From contig CAMUXE010000007.1 of NCBI GenBank assembly GCA_947164605.1, positions 31,419-95,418 of the forward strand: 64,000 nucleotides of DNA, given 5' to 3'. The DNA comes from an uncultured Lachnospiraceae bacterium. Its GTDB lineage: Bacteria; Bacillota; Clostridia; Lachnospirales; Lachnospiraceae. The position numbers and the translations under genes are program-made. Below the pieces are notes generated by a model. That model was not told the DNA's origin. It did no database searches and saw nothing but the letters and a program-made list of their open reading frames with translations. Below are positions 34,892 to 45,433 of this stretch, one piece after another (the first letter of the stretch is position 1; each line of letters begins with the position of its first letter).

Positions 34892-35701
34892 TTAAATTTT
34901 GATAAACTCAGCTTTTCTTTTGACAAATCTTGTGTAGTATTTAAAACCACAAAGGTCTAAAATCTCAGCGCTTCTGTCAAAACGATAAGCAATGTGTTCA
35001 GCTTTATGAGCATCTGAACCGATAGTGATAATCTCTCCGCCTAGCTTCCTGTAAAGCTTTACTATATCAAGACATGGGTTTGTATCAGGCATTTTATACT
35101 TTAATCCTGAACTGTTTATCTCAATTCCTTTACCTGACTCAATCAAAGTCATTAAGAGATCTTTGATTTGATCATAGTAGTCTTGCCACTTATATACAAA
35201 GGACTTATCAGGAATATAGCGGGCTATATAATCAATATGGCCAAATACATCGAAGTTATGGATGTTTTTAGCTATCTCAAGACTGGAAGAAAAATAAGCC
35301 TGCAGAGTAGATTTACATGATTTACCCTGCCAAAATTCTGGGTAGTAGGGATCTTGTCCGGCTAAGAGGTGCATGGAGCCTATAATAAAGTCCAAATCAT
35401 TATTCTTATCATAATTTTCAATGTCATCAATTCTGCTCTCTATCAAGCCTTGCTCTAAGCCTATGAGAATCTCAATCTTATCTTTATAAGTTTCCTTTAA
35501 ATCCTTCATTGTAGAGAGGTAAGAATCAAAGTCTAATTGAAAATCCTGATGTCCATCTTCAATGGGCCAATCAAAGTCATTGTGATCAGTAAAAGTAATA
35601 AAAGGCATTCCAAGTCCTATGGCTTTTTCAATAACTTTTCTTGCTTCTTCACTTGAATCGGAAGAAAAGGATGAGTGGAGGTGGGAGTCACATAAAATCA
35701 T
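34892..35701 (-). CDS. hisK: Histidinol-phosphatase, PHP (HisJ/HisK) family
   Basis: 269 aa with N-terminal CDSHLHSSFSSDS, TDHNDF, GHIDY and GSDAH metal-binding motifs. Confidence 0.82.
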   Translation of the reverse strand: MILCDSHLHSSFSSDSSEEARKVIEKAIGLGMPFITFTDHNDFDWPIEDGHQDFQLDFDSYLSTMKDLKETYKDKIEILIGLEQGLIESRIDDIENYDKNNDLDFIIGSMHLLAGQDPYYPEFWQGKSCKSTLQAYFSSSLEIAKNIHNFDVFGHIDYIARYIPDKSFVYKWQDYYDQIKDLLMTLIESGKGIEINSSGLKYKMPDTNPCLDIVKLYRKLGGEIITIGSDAHKAEHIAYRFDRSAEILDLCGFKYYTRFVKRKAEFIKI

Positions 35702-36109
35702 ATTATCCTTTCAAACGCATAAACAACAGGGTTTTAAAGCGTATTTAAAATATAGTTTCTTTTATTTATAATTCTATTTATCAGTTATAGATTATAAGCT
35801 TGATTATCATATCAAAAAATTGTAATAAATAACAGATTTATTGATTGAAAGAGAATAATCTCTACTTAAAATTACACAAATTAAATATTACCAAAGGAAA
35901 TCTTTTATGTAATTCTACCACAAAAGTTTGTCTTTATGTTTAATGTATACACTATACTTGCCATAATCACTAAAAAGAAAATCTACTGACATGGCATTTT
36001 TGATATATTCTATAAAAGTGGTAAGAATAGCTTGTATTTGTTGACGTTTTTTTGTAAAATACATTCTAGTTGATGTTAAATTAACAATCTAAATTTTTTG
36101 GAGGTAATT

Positions 36110-37150
36110 ATGTCAGTAAAAGTAGCTATTAATGGATTTGGTCGTATCGGTCGTCTTGCATTCAGACAGATGTTTGATGCAGAGGGTTATGAAGTTGTTG
36201 CAATCAACGATCTCACAAAGCCTTCTATGCTTGCTCATCTTCTTAAGTATGATACAGCACAGGGCGGATTCGCAGGTAAGATTGGTGAGCACGCTCACAC
36301 AGTAGAGGCTGATGATGAGGCTAATACACTTACTGTTGATGGTAAGACACTTCAGATCTATAAGGAAGCTGATGCAAACAACTGCCCATGGGGTAAGCTT
36401 GATGTTGACGTTGTTCTTGAGTGTACAGGTTTCTATACATCAAAAGAGAAGTCTATGGCACACATCAATGCAGGTGCTAAGAAGGTTGTTATCTCAGCTC
36501 CAGCTGGTAACGATTTAAAGACTATCGTTTACAACGTAAACAATGAGACACTTACAAAGGATGATCAGATTATTTCTGCTGCATCTTGTACAACAAACTG
36601 CCTTGCTCCTATGGCTCAGGCGCTTAACGCATTTGCTCCTATCGAGAGTGGTATCATGGTAACAATCCATGCTTACACAGGTGATCAGATGATCCTCGAT
36701 GGACCACAGAGAAAGGGTGACCTTCGTCGTTCTAGAGCAGGTGCTGCTAATATCGTTCCTAACTCTACAGGTGCTGCTAAGGCTATCGGTCTTGTTATCC
36801 CAGAGCTTAACGGTAAGCTTATCGGTTCTGCACAGAGAGTTCCAGTACCAACAGGTTCTACAACAATCCTTACAGCTGTTGTAAAGACAGACAAGGAAGT
36901 TACTGTTGATGCTATCAACGCTGCTATGAAGGCTGCTTCTAACGAGTCATTTGGTTACAATGAAGACCAGATCGTATCTAGCGATGTTATCGGTATGAGA
37001 TTCGGTTCACTCTTCGATTCTACTCAGACAATGGTTAACAAGGTTTCTGATAACCAGTATGAGGTACAGGTAGTTTCTTGGTATGATAACGAGAACTCTT
37101 ACACAAGCCAGATGGTTAGAACAATCAAGTATTTTGCTGAGCTTGCTTAA
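36110..37150 (+). CDS. gap: Glyceraldehyde-3-phosphate dehydrogenase
   Basis: [11 protein letters not shown], active site [22 protein letters not shown] before the ATG at 36110. Confidence 0.97.
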   Translation: MSVKVAINGFGRIGRLAFRQMFDAEGYEVVAINDLTKPSMLAHLLKYDTAQGGFAGKIGEHAHTVEADDEANTLTVDGKTLQIYKEADANNCPWGKLDVDVVLECTGFYTSKEKSMAHINAGAKKVVISAPAGNDLKTIVYNVNNETLTKDDQIISAASCTTNCLAPMAQALNAFAPIESGIMVTIHAYTGDQMILDGPQRKGDLRRSRAGAANIVPNSTGAAKAIGLVIPELNGKLIGSAQRVPVPTGSTTILTAVVKTDKEVTVDAINAAMKAASNESFGYNEDQIVSSDVIGMRFGSLFDSTQTMVNKVSDNQYEVQVVSWYDNENSYTSQMVRTIKYFAELA

Positions 37151-37182
37151 TAAAAATTAATTTGCAATTTGCATTTTAAAAG

Positions 37183-37226
37183 CCAGAGATTAAGCCGCTA
37201 GAAAGCTTGGTCTCTGGTATTTTCTT
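37183..37226 (+). terminator. Hairpin + T-rich tract between gap and pgk (partial terminator/processing signal)
   Basis: CCAGAGATTAAGC pairs with GCTTGGTCTCTGG (13 bp including two G-U pairs), followed by TATTTTCTT. Confidence 0.55.
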
Positions 37227-37250
37227 GAAAAAAGAATGGAGAAAATTCAT

Positions 37251-38444
37251 ATGCTTAATAAGAAATCAGTTGATGATATCAACGTAAATGGTCAGAGAGT
37301 ACTTTGCAGATGCGATTTCAATGTACCTCTTGATGGAGACAAAATCACAGATGAGACAAGACTTGTAGCTGCACTTCCTACAATTCAGAAGCTTATCAAT
37401 GATGGTGGTAAGGTTATACTTTGCTCACACCTTGGTAAGCCAAAGGGAGCTGATAAAGCTTTCTCACTTGCTCCAGTTGCTAAGAGATTATCAGAGCTTC
37501 TCAACAAAGAAGTTAAGTTTGCTGCTGATGATGAAGTAGTTGGTGCTAACGCTCGTGCAGCTGTTGAGGCTATGCAGAACGGTGACGTAATTCTTCTTGA
37601 GAACACAAGATTCAGAGCTGAGGAGACAAAGAACGGAGAAGAATTCTCAAAGGATCTTGCTTCAATCGCTGATGTATTCGTAAATGATGCATTTGGTACA
37701 GCTCACAGAGCTCATTGTTCAAATGTTGGTGTTACACAGTATGTTAAGACAGCTGTTGTAGGTTACCTCATGGAGAAGGAAATCAACTTCCTTGGAAATG
37801 CTGTTAACAGCCCAGTTAGACCTTTCGTAGCTATCCTTGGTGGCTCTAAGGTTTCTTCTAAGATTCCTGTAATCAACAACCTTCTTGACAAGGTTGATAC
37901 ATTAATCATCGGTGGTGGTATGTCTTATACATTCCAGAAGGCACTCGGTGGTAGTGTTGGTCAGTCACTTGTTGAAGATGACTACCTCGATTACGCTAAG
38001 GATATGCTTAAGAAGGCTGAAGCTAACGGCGTAAAGATGTTAATTCCTGTAGATACAGTTGTAACTAAGGAGTTTGCTAACGATACACCTAGCCGCATCG
38101 TTAAGGCTGGTCACCAGGAAGACGATGATATGGGTATGGATATCGGACCAGAGACATGCGAACTTTACAAGAATGCTCTTAAGGATGCTAAGACTGTTGT
38201 TTGGAACGGACCTATGGGCGTTTTCGAATTCAGCAACTTTGCTAAGGGTACAATCGCTGTAGCTGAAGAGCTTGCAAAGCTTGAGGGTGCTACAACAATC
38301 ATCGGTGGTGGTGATTCTGCTGCTGCTGTTAATAATCTTGGTTTTGGCGATAAGATGACACACATCTCAACAGGTGGTGGTGCTTCTCTCGAGTTCCTTG
38401 AGGGTAAAGAGCTTCCAGGTGTTGTAGCTGCAAACGATAGATAA
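37251..38444 (+). CDS. pgk: Phosphoglycerate kinase
   Basis: [34 protein letters not shown]. The ATG at 37251 follows GGAG. Confidence 0.96.
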   Translation: MLNKKSVDDINVNGQRVLCRCDFNVPLDGDKITDETRLVAALPTIQKLINDGGKVILCSHLGKPKGADKAFSLAPVAKRLSELLNKEVKFAADDEVVGANARAAVEAMQNGDVILLENTRFRAEETKNGEEFSKDLASIADVFVNDAFGTAHRAHCSNVGVTQYVKTAVVGYLMEKEINFLGNAVNSPVRPFVAILGGSKVSSKIPVINNLLDKVDTLIIGGGMSYTFQKALGGSVGQSLVEDDYLDYAKDMLKKAEANGVKMLIPVDTVVTKEFANDTPSRIVKAGHQEDDDMGMDIGPETCELYKNALKDAKTVVWNGPMGVFEFSNFAKGTIAVAEELAKLEGATTIIGGGDSAAAVNNLGFGDKMTHISTGGGASLEFLEGKELPGVVAANDR

Positions 38445-38457
38445 TTTTACTGACATT

Positions 38458-38508
38458 ACATATATAGAGGGATGTAGTTGAGATAAATCAGCTGCATCCC
38501 TTATATGT
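38458..38508 (+). other. Long bulged hairpin downstream of pgk, without a U-tract
   Basis: ACATATA[TAG]AGGGATGTAGTTGA-GATAAA-TCAGCTGCATCCCTTATATGT, about 21 bp with 2 G-U pairs. Confidence 0.6.
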
Positions 38509-38692
38509 TAATAAGTAATGTTAGTTAATCTAATATAAAATAAAAAATTATAATTTTTTAACATATAATGTTCTAAAATTTATAATTGCAACATTTATAT
38601 AGAATTTAGTCAATTCCTGTGCTATAATGCTGTAAGATTAATAAGCGTGTTTTCTTGACATGGCGGTATATTTACCAAGGGGGTACTTAATT

Positions 38693-39451
38693 ATGCGCAA
38701 GAAGCTGGTTGCAGGAAACTGGAAAATGAACAAGACACCTAGTGAAGCAATTGCTTTAGTTTCGGAGTTGAAGCCATTGCTCAATAATGATGAAGTAGAT
38801 GTTGTGTTCTGCGTTCCAGCAATAGATATAATTCCAGTAGTTAATGCTGTCAAAGAATCTAATATTAAAATCGGTGCTGAGAACATGTATTGCGAAGAAA
38901 AAGGAGCATACACTGGAGAAATTTCACCAGCTATGCTTGTCGATGCCGGCGTAGATTATGTGATACTCGGTCACTCTGAGAGAAGAAATTATTTCAAAGA
39001 AAGCGATGATTTGATCAACAAGAAGATGAAGAAGGCTATCGAACACGATTTGAAGCCAATTCTTTGTTGTGGTGAGAGTCTTGACCAGAGAGAAAATGGT
39101 GTGACTCTTGAATGGATAAAAAAACAAATTGTAGAAGCATTTAAACACATTTCTCCTGAGGATGCCCTTAATTGTATTGTTGCATACGAACCTATATGGG
39201 CTATTGGAACAGGAAGAGTTGCTACTACAGAGCAGGCACAAGAAGTATGCCACTACATCAGACAGGTCATCGGCAATGTATATGGAAAAACCATAGCAGA
39301 GCAGATGAGAATCCTCTATGGTGGCAGCGTCAATGAAGGTAATGCCCTAGCTTTATTTTCCGAGGAAGATATCGATGGCGGTTTAGTTGGAGGCGCAAGC
39401 TTAAAGCCTGAATTTGCTAAAATTGTAAATTACAAAAATTCTAGCAATTAG
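38693..39451 (+). CDS. tpiA: Triose-phosphate isomerase
   Basis: [32 protein letters not shown]. The ATG at 38693 follows AAGGGGG. Confidence 0.96.
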   Translation: MRKKLVAGNWKMNKTPSEAIALVSELKPLLNNDEVDVVFCVPAIDIIPVVNAVKESNIKIGAENMYCEEKGAYTGEISPAMLVDAGVDYVILGHSERRNYFKESDDLINKKMKKAIEHDLKPILCCGESLDQRENGVTLEWIKKQIVEAFKHISPEDALNCIVAYEPIWAIGTGRVATTEQAQEVCHYIRQVIGNVYGKTIAEQMRILYGGSVNEGNALALFSEEDIDGGLVGGASLKPEFAKIVNYKNSSN

Positions 39452-39479
39452 ATTAAAAAAAAAGGATGGAAACAAAATT

Positions 39480-41021
39480 ATGAAAAAGAAACCTGTTGTT
39501 CTTATGATTCTTGATGGTTATGGTTTAAGCGACAGAAAAGAAGGCAATGGTATTGCTCTTGCAAATACTCCTGTTATGGATTCGCTTATGAAAGAGTATC
39601 CTTTCGTAAAAGGTTATGCAAGCGGTCTTTCTGTTGGTTTACCAGATGGTCAGATGGGTAACTCAGAAGTAGGACACCTTAATATGGGTGCTGGCCGTAT
39701 TGTATATCAGGAACTTACAAGAATAACCAAATCCATTGAAGATGGAGATTTCTTTGAGAATCAGGAACTTTTAGGAGCAATTGAGAATTGTAAGAAGAAT
39801 AATTCTGATTTGCACCTCTACGGTCTTCTTTCTGACGGTGGTGTACACAGCCACTTAAGCCATGTCTTTGCTCTTCTTGAGTTAGCTAAGAAGAATGACT
39901 TCACAAGAGTCTATGTACACGGCTTTATGGATGGAAGAGATACTCCTACAGATGGTGGTAAGTCTTATATTGCAGCTCTCGAAGCAAAAATGGCAGAAAT
40001 CGGCGTTGGTAAAATTGCATCACTCTCAGGTCGTTACTATGTAATGGATAGAGATAACCGTTGGGATAGAGTAGAAAAGGCTTATAAGCTCCTCACAGAG
40101 GGTGAAGGTCTTAAGGCTGAAAGTGCTATGCAGGCTATTGAAGCTTCTTATGCTGATGGAAAGACTGATGAGTTCGTTGAGCCAGTTGCTGTATGTGAGA
40201 ACGGCAAGGCAATTGCAACTGTAAAGGACAATGATTCTATTATTTGTTATAATTTCCGTCCTGACAGAGCTAGAGAAATCACAAGATGTTTCTGTGATGA
40301 CGATTTCACTGGCTTTGATCGCGGTGCTAGAAAGAAGGTTCACTATGTATGTTTCACAGACTATGATGTAACTATCTCCAACAAGGAAGTAGCTTTCAAG
40401 AAACAGTCTGTAACAAACACATTTGGTGAGTTCCTCGCAAATAAGAACTTAAAGCAGGCTCGTATCGCTGAGACTGAAAAGTATGCTCATGTAACATTCT
40501 TCTTTAATGGCGGTGTTGAGGAGCCAAATCCACTTGAGGATAGAATTTTAGTTAAATCTCCAAAGGTTGCTACATATGATCTTCAGCCAGAAATGAGTGC
40601 ACCTGAGGTTTGTGATAAGTTAGTTAATGCTATAAAGGCTGATACTTACGACGTTATCATCATCAACTTTGCTAACCCTGACATGGTTGGTCATACAGGT
40701 GTTCAGGATGCTGTTATCAAGGCTATCGAGACTGTTGATGCATGCGTAGCCAAGGCTGTTGATGCTATCAAGGAAGTTGACGGTGTAATGTTTATCTGCG
40801 CTGATCACGGAAATGCTGAAAAGCTTGTTGATTATGAAACAGGTGAGCCATATACAGCCCATACTACAAACCCAGTTCCATTTATTCTTGTCAATTATGA
40901 CGAGGCATACACATTACGTGAGAATGGTAAGCTCTGCGACATAATCCCAACACTTATTGAGATTATGGGACTTGAGAAGCCAGCTGAGATGACTGGAGAA
41001 TCATTATTAATTAAAAAGTGA
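39480..41021 (+). CDS. gpmI: 2,3-bisphosphoglycerate-independent phosphoglycerate mutase
   Basis: 513 aa with ILDGYG, GNSEVGHLN, GGVHSH, ADHGNAE. Confidence 0.96.
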   Translation: MKKKPVVLMILDGYGLSDRKEGNGIALANTPVMDSLMKEYPFVKGYASGLSVGLPDGQMGNSEVGHLNMGAGRIVYQELTRITKSIEDGDFFENQELLGAIENCKKNNSDLHLYGLLSDGGVHSHLSHVFALLELAKKNDFTRVYVHGFMDGRDTPTDGGKSYIAALEAKMAEIGVGKIASLSGRYYVMDRDNRWDRVEKAYKLLTEGEGLKAESAMQAIEASYADGKTDEFVEPVAVCENGKAIATVKDNDSIICYNFRPDRAREITRCFCDDDFTGFDRGARKKVHYVCFTDYDVTISNKEVAFKKQSVTNTFGEFLANKNLKQARIAETEKYAHVTFFFNGGVEEPNPLEDRILVKSPKVATYDLQPEMSAPEVCDKLVNAIKADTYDVIIINFANPDMVGHTGVQDAVIKAIETVDACVAKAVDAIKEVDGVMFICADHGNAEKLVDYETGEPYTAHTTNPVPFILVNYDEAYTLRENGKLCDIIPTLIEIMGLEKPAEMTGESLLIKK

Positions 41022-41109
41022 TAATCTTTTTTCTTGGCAAGTCTTGCACTGACAAGCACTTTATGATAAGATTATCTTCGCTTAGTTGAGTAATTTGGAG
41101 GTGTAGCTA

Positions 41110-41367
41110 ATGTTCGGAATGTCATGGGGCGATACAATAAGAGTTATTCTTATGGGTATCTTCATCTTGATTTCAATTATTGTGACTATTATAGTTCTTA
41201 TGCAGGAAAGTAAGCAGACAGGACTTTCAGGTGCAATCAGCGGTGCTGCTGATACATATTGGGGTAAGAATAAGGGTCGTTCTATTGAAGGCAAACTTGT
41301 TAAATTCACTAGAATACTTACAATTCTTTTCTTCGTTATCGCATTAGTTCTTAGTATGAAATTCTGA
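41110..41367 (+). CDS. secG: Preprotein translocase subunit SecG
   Basis: 85 aa with two TM helices flanking LMQESKQTGLSGAISGA. It lies upstream of rnr-smpB-ssrA, as in Bacillus. Confidence 0.85.
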   Translation: MFGMSWGDTIRVILMGIFILISIIVTIIVLMQESKQTGLSGAISGAADTYWGKNKGRSIEGKLVKFTRILTILFFVIALVLSMKF

Positions 41368-41374
41368 TTTTAAT

Positions 41375-41412
41375 ATACGCCTCTATGATTCATTCATAGA
41401 GGCGTATTTCTA
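41375..41412 (+). terminator. Hairpin terminator after secG
   Basis: ATACGCCTCTATGA-TTCAT-TCATAGAGGCGTAT followed by TTCTATATT (weak U-tract). Confidence 0.6.
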
Positions 41413-41451
41413 TATTCAATTCAGCCAGTTTAAATTAGGATCTATATATAA

Positions 41452-43740
41452 ATGGGAAAAGATAAGATTAAAAGACTGACACATGACGGAAATCCAAAAA
41501 AGTCTCACAAAGATAATAAGGAGAACCAGTCCCTGTCTCGTCGCATCAATAAAGAAAAAAATGCTGTAAAGAAAAAATACAGCAAGAGAGTTGGCGATAA
41601 AATCACATTTACCGCTGATTTCAACAGAAGAGCTGATATGTTGACTAAGCTTATATGCAAGGATCCAAACTATCAGCCTATGAAAATTAAAGATTTAGCC
41701 ATTCTGCTTGATGTTGCCAAAGAAGACAGAGAAGAACTTGAAAATGTGCTCAACTATCTTCTCTCTATTGGAAAAATTGGCATAACCAGTCACGGCAAGT
41801 ATGTAAAGCCTGATTTTATAGCCCTAGAAGGCGTATTTGAACCTACAGCATCAGGCTTTGGCTTTGTTATGGTTGACGGCTTAAGTGATGATATTTTTGT
41901 AGCGGAAAGGGATACTCTCTCTGCCTTTTATCACGATAGGGTTATGCTTGTCGTTACTAAAAAAGGAGAAAACGGTCGTCGCAGTGAAGGCAAGATTACT
42001 AAAATATTAGGACATGAGGTAAGAAGCCTAACAGGTGTCTTCAAGCGCCCATTTAAGGGCAAATGCTATGTCATACCTGATAGCAAAAAAATCGGTGCCT
42101 ATATCTACATTGATGAAAATATGAGCAAAATTAGCCCAAACAGCCTGGTAGATGGTGCCAGAGTCAGCGTAGATATAAAGACTTATGGTGATACAAGAAC
42201 TAATCCTACAGGCTCAGTAGAGGAGGTAATTGGCCATATCAATGATCCTCAGAGTGATGTCTTAGCTGTAGTCAAGGCCATGGATCTTCCTTATGAGTTT
42301 AATGAGGAAGTCAAAGAGGAATTAAAGAATATTCCTGACCAGGTTGATCCATCTGACTATGCAAAGAGACTAGACTTGAGAGATCAAATCTTAATAACTA
42401 TAGACGGCGATGACACTAAAGATGTAGATGACGCTGTCAGTTTAACTTTTGACGGAATAAATTACACTTTAGGTGTTCATATTGCTGATGTAAGCCACTA
42501 TGTAAAAAAAGGCTCTGCTCTAGATAAAGAAGCCTATTTGCGAGGCAACAGTGTCTATATGCTGGATTCCGTAATACCTATGCTTGATCATAAACTGTCA
42601 AATGGCATATGCTCACTTAACGAAGGAGTGGACAGACTGGCACTTTCGTGCATCATGACTATAGACCAAACAGGTAATATTCTATCTACAAGAATCGAGG
42701 AGTCTTTGATTAAGGTTAGACATCATATGACTTACAAGCAGGTTCAAAAGCTTCTAGACAAGTCCGATGACGGTCTTGCTATAGAATATGAAGATGTATG
42801 TCCTATGATCATGGAAATGGCAAAGTTGGCCGCTATACTAAGATCTAAGAGATTTAAAAATGGATCAATTGATTTTGACTTGCCTGAAACCTGCATTAGT
42901 CTTGATGAGCACGGCTTCCCAATAGATATAAGACCTTATGAGCGCCATGAATCAAACAAAATAATTGAAGACTTTATGTTAGCTGCCAATCAGGCTGTGG
43001 CACAATATTTTTACTGGCTAGAAATTCCCTTTGTCTACAGATGCCATGAGGATCCTGACAACGAGAAGATGTACAGCTTAAAACGCTTTGTCGAAAGCTT
43101 TGGAATAAACCTAAAAATCAAAGATAAGGTTCATCCTAAGGAGATACAAAAGCTTATAAATACCTGTGAAGATAGTGATGCCGGTGCCCTGATTTCAAGA
43201 ATCACTTTAAGATCCCTCAAAAAGGCCTATTACGGCCCAGACTGTCTAGGCCACTTTGGTCTTGCTTTCAAATACTACTGCCACTTTACCTCTCCTATCA
43301 GGCGTTATGCTGATTTGAGCATACACAGGATTATCAAAGACTACCTTCACGGCAAGGTCAATGACAAATATAAGGAAAAGCTGGCTTCAGGACTAGATGA
43401 AGTCTGCAAACACATCAGTCAGACTGAGAGACAGGCTATAAATGCAGAGAGAGAAGTCAACAAGATTAAAATGGCCGAGTATATGGAAAAACATATAGGC
43501 GAAGAATTTGAAGGCTTTGTTTCCGGTCTCAATAATTATTGTATTTTTGTTGAACTTAAAAGTACTATTGAAGGAGCTATAAGACTATCTTCTCTTAAGG
43601 GTTATTATGATTATGACGATGTCCACTACCAAGTAGTCAACTACAGAAATAACGACACCATTAGGATTGGTCAGCCCATGAAAGTTAGGGTAGTCAAGGT
43701 AGATAAGATTCTTAGAACTATTGATTTCGAGAGAGTTTAA
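41452..43740 (+). CDS. rnr: Ribonuclease R
   Basis: 762 aa with basic N-terminus, cold-shock-like domains, RNB motif TIDGDDTKDVDDAV, and a C-terminal S1 domain. Confidence 0.95.
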   Translation: MGKDKIKRLTHDGNPKKSHKDNKENQSLSRRINKEKNAVKKKYSKRVGDKITFTADFNRRADMLTKLICKDPNYQPMKIKDLAILLDVAKEDREELENVLNYLLSIGKIGITSHGKYVKPDFIALEGVFEPTASGFGFVMVDGLSDDIFVAERDTLSAFYHDRVMLVVTKKGENGRRSEGKITKILGHEVRSLTGVFKRPFKGKCYVIPDSKKIGAYIYIDENMSKISPNSLVDGARVSVDIKTYGDTRTNPTGSVEEVIGHINDPQSDVLAVVKAMDLPYEFNEEVKEELKNIPDQVDPSDYAKRLDLRDQILITIDGDDTKDVDDAVSLTFDGINYTLGVHIADVSHYVKKGSALDKEAYLRGNSVYMLDSVIPMLDHKLSNGICSLNEGVDRLALSCIMTIDQTGNILSTRIEESLIKVRHHMTYKQVQKLLDKSDDGLAIEYEDVCPMIMEMAKLAAILRSKRFKNGSIDFDLPETCISLDEHGFPIDIRPYERHESNKIIEDFMLAANQAVAQYFYWLEIPFVYRCHEDPDNEKMYSLKRFVESFGINLKIKDKVHPKEIQKLINTCEDSDAGALISRITLRSLKKAYYGPDCLGHFGLAFKYYCHFTSPIRRYADLSIHRIIKDYLHGKVNDKYKEKLASGLDEVCKHISQTERQAINAEREVNKIKMAEYMEKHIGEEFEGFVSGLNNYCIFVELKSTIEGAIRLSSLKGYYDYDDVHYQVVNYRNNDTIRIGQPMKVRVVKVDKILRTIDFERV

Positions 43741-43761
43741 TTATTATTAAAGGGAGAATAT

Positions 43762-44229
43762 ATGAAGGATATAGAAGACAAGTTGCTTGCTGGCAACAAA
43801 AAAGGATATTTCGATTACTTCATTGACCAAACCTATGAAGCAGGTCTGGTCTTACACGGAACAGAAGTTAAGTCCATCAGAATGGGCAAATGTTCCATCA
43901 AAGAGGCCTATGTTCAGATCATAAACAATGAAATGTTCGTTATCAATATGAATATTACAGCCTACGAGAAGGGCAATATATTTAACAAGGATCCTCTCAG
44001 ACCTAAGAAGCTCTTACTTCACGATTATGAGATTAATAAGATTGCTGCCCTGACTCAGGAGAAGGGCACAGCCATAATTCCCCTTAAGGTTTATCTTAAG
44101 AACGGCAGAGTAAAGATGCAAATCGGCGTAGGCCGCGGTAAAAAGCTCTACGATAAGAGAGATTCAATTGCAAAAAAAGATCAACAAAGAGAAGCTGCCA
44201 AAGAGTTTAAAATCAGAAACTTAGGCTAG
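43762..44229 (+). CDS. smpB: SsrA-binding protein
   Basis: 155 aa with NKKGYFDYFI...YEAGLVLHGTEVKSIR...KKLLLH. Confidence 0.96.
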   Translation: MKDIEDKLLAGNKKGYFDYFIDQTYEAGLVLHGTEVKSIRMGKCSIKEAYVQIINNEMFVINMNITAYEKGNIFNKDPLRPKKLLLHDYEINKIAALTQEKGTAIIPLKVYLKNGRVKMQIGVGRGKKLYDKRDSIAKKDQQREAAKEFKIRNLG

Positions 44230-44307
44230 GCTGCTTGGCAAGATTTGAATAGGGCATAAGCCCAGATTGACTTGTCTATAAGGAAATGGTATCATAATAT
44301 GGTCTTT

Positions 44308-44650
44308 GGGGTAGTAAAGGTTTCGACAGGGACCTTGAAGCTGGTGAAGCTATCCGCAGGCGATGCGTCAAATCGCAAACTTAAACTAAACGCTAATACA
44401 GAATTAGCAGCTGCCTAATCGCAGCAGTCTGCCCAGGGGCATCTGCAACTCTGGATACAGGCTTCGAACTTGCAGAAAACGACTCAATTAAAGCTTTGAA
44501 ATTGATGGGCGTATTATGAAGCTACTGAAAGTGTCGGGGTGCTACTCTCCTTACACTTGAGGGAATGAGGTTTATCCGAAATGAATAGCTATGATAGTAG
44601 AAGAACAGGGGATGGATCTTTGGACACGGGTTCGACTCCCGTCTACTCCA
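44308..44650 (+). ncRNA. ssrA: tmRNA (SsrA)
   Basis: 5' GGGGTAGTAAAGGTTTCGACAGGG and 3' GGACACGGGTTCGACTCCCGTCTACTCCA form the tRNA-like acceptor/T arm. The internal tag frame ends ...GCT AAT ACA GAA TTA GCA GCT GCC TAA (stop at 44416-44418). It lies directly downstream of smpB. Confidence 0.93.
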
Positions 44651-44652
44651 TA

Positions 44653-44684
44653 AAAGCTCTCAGGCTAGCCTGGGAGCTTTTTTT
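44653..44684 (+). terminator. Intrinsic terminator of ssrA
   Basis: AAAGCTCTCAGG-CTAG-CCTGGGAGCTTT followed by TTTT. Confidence 0.8.
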
Positions 44685-44790
44685 ATAAGCTTCTTTATAA
44701 GAATTTTTATAAGCGTTTTTAATAAACTTTTTTAATAAACTTTTTTATATGAACTTTTTATAAGATTTTATATATGAGCTTTTTTGACTG
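44676..44790. repeat. About 8 degenerate 12-13-bp phased T-tract units (GCTTTTTTATAA-like)
   Basis: gctttttttataa / gcttctttataa / gaatttttataa / gcgtttttaataa / acttttttaataa / acttttttatat / gaactttttataa / gattttatatat. Confidence 0.7.
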
Positions 44791-44855
44791 CTTTACTTAT
44801 CAATTTTTCTTGCTTATAATACTTATATATATAGATTTATCAAGAGGTGGCTAAT

Positions 44856-45425
44856 ATGGCTGATTTAGAACAATATACTGTCGGAGGCTACACATTTACC
44901 TCAAAGCAGGAGGCTGACGTAGCAAAAGATGAGCTTAATGCCATCAAATATGTATCTGCAAAAACAGATTCAAAAGACCCAAAACAGGTTTATATACTTT
45001 ATAACAAACTTCTTGATAAGGAGTTGTTTTCAACAGAGATTGGACTCAATTATTTAAAAAATTTACAACAATATCTCTACATCAGCGAAGCAATTCCTAA
45101 CGAAAAGATTCGTCCAATACCTGTAAATTCCGAAGTGCAGGCCAAATTGAAGGAAAGAAAAGATTATAAAGATGCAAAATCAAGAATTATTTTCTTAGAG
45201 AGAAAACTTGATAAAGTAAAAGCTAGAAATAAGCAATTAAAAACCTTAGTGATTATCCTTATTCTCATGGTAATTGCAATGTTTGTAATAAGTCTTACCA
45301 GCAAGTCTCCAACTATAATAAACTACGAGACTAAGATACAGGATAAGTATTCTAGCTGGTCTGAAGACCTAGAAAAAAGAGAAGCAGAACTAAAAATTAG
45401 AGAGAATCAACTGAATTCAAAGTAA
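44856..45425 (+). CDS. Hypothetical membrane protein (N-terminal soluble domain, coiled-coil, one TM helix)
   Basis: ORF with an AGAGGTGG RBS before the ATG at 44856. TM helix LKTLVIILILMVIAMFVISL. No recognised catalytic motif. Confidence 0.6.
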   Translation: MADLEQYTVGGYTFTSKQEADVAKDELNAIKYVSAKTDSKDPKQVYILYNKLLDKELFSTEIGLNYLKNLQQYLYISEAIPNEKIRPIPVNSEVQAKLKERKDYKDAKSRIIFLERKLDKVKARNKQLKTLVIILILMVIAMFVISLTSKSPTIINYETKIQDKYSSWSEDLEKREAELKIRENQLNSK

Positions 45426-45433
45426 TTTCTATA

